Below the pieces are notes generated by a model. The model saw nothing but the letters and a program-made list of their open reading frames with translations, was not told the DNA's origin and ran no database searches. The translations under genes were made by a program, and so were the position numbers. From contig NZ_CP010546.1 of the NCBI RefSeq assembly GCF_001272835.1, forward strand, positions 542,809-574,808: DNA of 32,000 bases. Direction: 5' to 3'. Below, in pieces: positions 28,044 to 32,000 of this stretch (positions within the stretch are counted from its first letter, which is position 1; every line of letters begins with the position of its first letter). This DNA comes from Mycoplasmoides pneumoniae FH (lineage in GTDB: Bacteria > Bacillota_I > Bacilli_A > Mycoplasmatales > Mycoplasmoidaceae).

Positions 28044-31000
28044 TGATCTTAGCTAGGCGTTCAGCGTACGCTTGGATCCGTTCCTTTTTGGATAACTTGC
28101 CCAAAGCATCTTCCTTGTTTTCGATCACAATATCACGTTTTTTTAGCCGTGGTTTCTTTTCGGGTAGCACTGGAATTTCCTTTTCCACAATAATGACCTC
28201 TTTAACAGTTTCGTCTTGCTTTGTTTTAATTTCGTGGGTTTGACTCGAGTTGAGTTCGTTGAAGTATTGCAACTCGTGTACTAAGGCTAAGTTTTGTTGC
28301 AGTAAGCGTTGTTTTTCTAGCTGCACTTGGTTAAATTGTTCTAACAATTCATCGCTTACCGGTGGAGTTGCTTGGAGGTTATTGTAAGCAGCTTGGAGTT
28401 GGGTTAGCTCTGCATGGGTTTGACTTAAACTTTGGTGTGTGTTGTGTAACTTTTGCGCTAACTGTTGTTTTTCCAAATTGACCTGGTTTAAAACTTGCAA
28501 CTCTTGCTTGAGCTTGTTGTGATTACTTTGTAACAACTCGTAAGCGGAGAGCAAGTCCTGGTACTGGGCGTTGGCCTCATTAAGGTTAGTAATTTGAATT
28601 TCGTTTAATTCTGCTTTGACCTTGTTGTAACTCTCTTGCAGTAACTCATGCTCCGCTTGGATTTGGGCTAAATTACTGTGTTCATGTTGCATTTGCTCTT
28701 TTTGTTGAGCATATTTGTCTTGCAACAAGTTATGCTCTGTATTGAGGTTCTCCCAGTTAGTCTTTACCCGGTTTAAATCATGCAACTCATTTTGAATGTT
28801 ACTGCATTTATCAGTTAATTCCTCGTTGTTTTGCTTAAAGAGTGCTAACTGTTGGTGGGCAGCATCAAGTTCATTTTGTGCTTGATGGAATTGTTGCTGG
28901 GTGTGATTAGCTTCATCTTGCAATTTGTTGTAACTCTCTTGCAACAGCTCGTGCTGCGTTTGGAGCTGGGTTAAGTTTTCATCACTCTGTTGCAAGTGGT
29001 TTAACTGGGTTTCGCTAGCCATTAGTTTGTCAGTTAGGCTTTGGTTTTGTTGTTTGAAGGTAGCTAACTGTTCTTGGGTTAAGCTAAGGTCAAACTGGGT
29101 TTGTTCTAGCTGTTGCTTTGTGAGTGTTAGCGTTTTGCTGTCAAACGCAGTTTTTTCCTTGTGGGTAAATTCTAAAACATTTAGTTGGTTTTGTAGTTCA
29201 CTGTTAGTAATACCCAAGGCATGGACGTTTTCCTCAGCTGCTTGTAAGCTTGCAAGTAAACTGCTGTTTTTTTGTTCTAGTACCACTTTTTGCTGTTCAA
29301 AACCTTGTGCTGCGAGACCTAACTCAAAGTTAGTGGCCTTAACTTGGTCTAACTCTTTTACTAAAGCTTCGTTGTGGCGTTGTAATTGTGCTAACTGTTC
29401 CTGGTGGTGTTGGTGTGCTAGGTGTTGTTCGTGTTCCAATTCCTTTAACTTAGCATCACTGTCAGCACGCATTAACTCATACTGCTTTAAAAGATTACGG
29501 TACTTGGTGTTTTCATCGTTTAACTTAGTTTCACGTAGCTGTTTAATTTCGGTTTTGAGGAAGTTGTTTTCACGCTCAATTAGGCTTAAGCGTTGGTTAG
29601 TTTGCTTTAAGCTAATTACTTCCGTTTCCAAACTGTTAATTTCACTGCGTAACGACGGAATTAAGGCCAGTTGTTCCTGGTGTTTTTTGGAATCAAACTT
29701 GTACTGTTCGATTTGGAGTGTTAAGCTGTGTTTGTCTTGTTGGAGTTGTTCAAGCTGTTTTTCCAAGACAAAGTTTAACTGGTTAGCTTCCGGTAGGTTG
29801 TTTTGTAAATGCTGTTTAAGCGTACGGTTTTCCTCTTCCAAACGTGCTAAGAGTAAGCTGTTGTTTTGGCTCTTAAACAGCTTTTGTTGCAGTTCATTCA
29901 ACTCCTGAGTGAGGTTAGTATTTTGGTTTTGCAACAGTTCAATCCGTTCCTGTAACACCGGACTTTGGTCGTACTGAAGTGGCTTTGCTAACTGCTCTTC
30001 TAGCTGGATTTGTAAAGCAGCGTTGTGCTTCAAGGCCTTATCTAACTGTTCTTGGAGCAGGGTCATTTCAAAACTCACGGTAGGTTGTACTGGCACTACA
30101 TCTTGAACAGGCAGTAGCTTGTATTCTTCCACACCCATGTAAGTTACAGGAGGTGTTTCTAGTTGAGCTTGGCGTAGTTCAATTTGGGCTTGCAATTGTT
30201 GTAACTGCACTTGTTTGGTGGCAATTTCCTTGTCTAAAACGGCACTTTGATGAGCGCTGTCTTCAGCGGGTTTTATAACCACTGTTTGGCTCAAAGCATT
30301 AGTTAAATTAGCCTTGTCCACCGTTGTAATCGAGAAGCTATGTTCAGCTGCAGGTGATGTCACAACAACAGGTGTAACTGGTGCAGACTCGTTGACTAAT
30401 GTATGGGTGAGTGGTACTGTTACTAATTCATCGACTAACTGGGTTTGGTCAAGTGCAAAGTTAGTTGGTGCTGCTTTTGGTTGTAACGGTGCTGGAGTTA
30501 CAGTGTGAGTTAAAACTGGCACTTCCACTAGTTCGTCAAGCAGTTGTGTTTGGTCTAACGGAACAGTTGTGGTAGTTGGTGCAACTGTGTCAAATACATG
30601 AGGTACCTTCATTTCCGGGTACACCAAAATGGCATTACTGTCAATCGGACTGCTAAAGGTCAAGCTAACAGTAGGATCAAGTGCTGCTTGGGGTAAAGCA
30701 GTTTGGGCTTGAACATCCTGTTCCACCATTTCGACATAGTCATCCAACAACATAGTTTCACTAACAGCTTTTGTGGCTGCTGGTTCTGTTGCCACACTAA
30801 ACTGATGGGTATGGTTTGATGAAACTTGTTCTGATGCGTTTTTGATTTGTTGGGTTAGTTCAATGTATTCGTTGACAAGCACACTTTCATCGACTTGTTG
30901 GGTTGAAGGAGTATTAAAGACCTCTTCAAACAGTACTTCCTTAGTGGCAAAGGATATAGGTATTGGTGTTGTTTCTAACTCTTTGGTGTGCACGTATTCA

Positions 31001-31452
31001 TCGACTAGTTGAGTTTCATCTAACTGGGGCTTGGTCGTTTGTTCGGTAATACTAGAGGGGGTAATTTCACAAAAACCAGCCTTAATTTCCTTTGTTAGTA
31101 CTTCCTGGCCTTCTTGTTCTAAAAACTCCATTGTTAGATCAACGGTTTGCGGTTTATGAACTTGGAGTTGGTTAGCGAAGTGGTTTAACACATCAACATG
31201 GGGTTGGCTTTTGACCACACCCATATCTACCATAAAGTGAAAAAAATTGCGAATTGATTGTTCTTTCTCTAACTGATCTAATTCGCCAAAGAAACTACGT
31301 TCTACAATGTTACGTTCTAGGGGAACTGTTATTGTTTCCCTTGTTGGTTCTAGGGTAATGTTACGGGTTTTGGGCATGAGTTGCTTGAGCAAACTTTGTT
31401 CGTTTAAGTTTTCGTCAAAATCGTGGATACCTAGCTCTTTTTCTGCTGTCAT
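28030..31452 (-). CDS. Very large coiled-coil protein (about 1140 aa), candidate cytoskeletal/terminal-organelle protein
   Basis: Uninterrupted ORF; start at MTAEKELG or the upstream M at 31470. The C-terminal two thirds is Leu/Gln/Glu-rich heptad sequence. Confidence 0.88.
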   Translation of the reverse strand: MTAEKELGIHDFDENLNEQSLLKQLMPKTRNITLEPTRETITVPLERNIVERSFFGELDQLEKEQSIRNFFHFMVDMGVVKSQPHVDVLNHFANQLQVHKPQTVDLTMEFLEQEGQEVLTKEIKAGFCEITPSSITEQTTKPQLDETQLVDEYVHTKELETTPIPISFATKEVLFEEVFNTPSTQQVDESVLVNEYIELTQQIKNASEQVSSNHTHQFSVATEPAATKAVSETMLLDDYVEMVEQDVQAQTALPQAALDPTVSLTFSSPIDSNAILVYPEMKVPHVFDTVAPTTTTVPLDQTQLLDELVEVPVLTHTVTPAPLQPKAAPTNFALDQTQLVDELVTVPLTHTLVNESAPVTPVVVTSPAAEHSFSITTVDKANLTNALSQTVVIKPAEDSAHQSAVLDKEIATKQVQLQQLQAQIELRQAQLETPPVTYMGVEEYKLLPVQDVVPVQPTVSFEMTLLQEQLDKALKHNAALQIQLEEQLAKPLQYDQSPVLQERIELLQNQNTNLTQELNELQQKLFKSQNNSLLLARLEEENRTLKQHLQNNLPEANQLNFVLEKQLEQLQQDKHSLTLQIEQYKFDSKKHQEQLALIPSLRSEINSLETEVISLKQTNQRLSLIERENNFLKTEIKQLRETKLNDENTKYRNLLKQYELMRADSDAKLKELEHEQHLAHQHHQEQLAQLQRHNEALVKELDQVKATNFELGLAAQGFEQQKVVLEQKNSSLLASLQAAEENVHALGITNSELQNQLNVLEFTHKEKTAFDSKTLTLTKQQLEQTQFDLSLTQEQLATFKQQNQSLTDKLMASETQLNHLQQSDENLTQLQTQHELLQESYNKLQDEANHTQQQFHQAQNELDAAHQQLALFKQNNEELTDKCSNIQNELHDLNRVKTNWENLNTEHNLLQDKYAQQKEQMQHEHSNLAQIQAEHELLQESYNKVKAELNEIQITNLNEANAQYQDLLSAYELLQSNHNKLKQELQVLNQVNLEKQQLAQKLHNTHQSLSQTHAELTQLQAAYNNLQATPPVSDELLEQFNQVQLEKQRLLQQNLALVHELQYFNELNSSQTHEIKTKQDETVKEVIIVEKEIPVLPEKKPRLKKRDIVIENKEDALGKLSKKERIQAYAERLAKINGKQ

Positions 31453-31488
31453 GAATGGCACAGACCTCATCTAGTTAAGTATATTATC

Positions 31489-32000
31489 TTAGGTTTTTGC
31501 GACACCTCTTATCCGTGCATTTTTGGACTTGAAATAAAGAGTAATAGGTACAGCACTAAAACCAAAGCTTTCCCTAATCTTGTTCTCTAAAAAGCGCGCA
31601 TAGGAAAAGTGGACAAACTTAGGGTCATTACAGAACAGTACAAAGTGCGGTGTTTGACTGTGAGTTTGCACCGCATAAGTTACCTGTAACCTCCCACCCT
31701 TAAACAGGGGTGCTTGGTTAAACAGTTGTGCTTGTTGGATGACATCGTTTAACAGGGAAGTTGAAATCTTTTTGGTGAGCTGTTCCTGGATAATTTGGAG
31801 CTGTTCAAAGATGGTATGTAAGCGCTTGTTGTTTTTGACACTAATAAAAACAATGGGAGCAAAGCTGAGGTGTTGAAACTGACTTTGTAACTGCTTTTTA
31901 AACTTAGCCATCGTGTTGCTGTCCTTCTGTACTAAGTCTCATTTGTTGACCAGAATAATCACCGGAATTAAAGCGGCTTGGGCTAATCCACCGATAATCT
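31489..32000 (-). CDS. der: GTPase Der/EngA, C-terminal part; the 5' end lies outside the window
   Basis: Der KH-like C-terminus [54 protein letters not shown]. The upstream frame continues through TGA ([15 protein letters not shown]). Confidence 0.9.

Noticed and set aside
29027-29908. 293-aa plus-strand ORF (Ser/Cys-rich) opposite the giant coiled-coil gene
   Set aside because: Antisense shadow of a long Leu/Gln/Glu heptad region (TTG/CAA/GAA codons lack reverse stops); no plausible start context or known family.

Overview
This window looks like Mycoplasma pneumoniae or a very close relative. That identification is an inference from recalled protein families: HMW1, HMW3 and P30 adhesion proteins, P1/ORF6-like RepMP blocks, and a tmRNA tag DKNNDEVLVDPMLIANQQASINYAFA. 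TGA reads as Trp throughout, so the supplied standard-code ORF track splits many genes; I rejoined them by checking frame.

Left half: a minus-strand cytadherence cluster. In coordinate order it holds HMW1 (partial), an ECF-type membrane protein, a hypothetical membrane protein, HolA-like, ComEC-like, HMW3, P30, two membrane proteins, two tRNA-Ser genes on the plus strand, and a large lipoprotein. It is followed by seven minus-strand tRNAs and the divergent ktrB/ktrA potassium-uptake genes.

Centre (about 17.2-23.5 kb): an accessory island with RepMP4-like (P1), RepMP5-like (ORF6) and RepMP2/3-like (P1) archive copies. These surround a DUF16-type coiled-coil gene, a lipoprotein and short ORFs.

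Right part: rnpB, tmRNA, a membrane protein, an Xaa-Pro aminopeptidase, ribosomal protein L33, a DegV-family protein, an alpha/beta hydrolase, a very large coiled-coil protein and the 3' part of der.

The observations I would check first are: (1) two unlisted 35- and 38-aa small ORFs with similar sequence, each immediately upstream of a gene in the accessory island, associated with recurring 3' motifs; (2) rnpB and tmRNA divergently arranged with -10 hexamers that appear to overlap by 4 bp; (3) a similarly compact, possibly leaderless divergent promoter for ktrA/ktrB; (4) an 8-C tract that breaks the frame of a P1 archive copy. I found no CRISPR array, phage or clearly new defence system. All family assignments come from sequence recognition without database searches.
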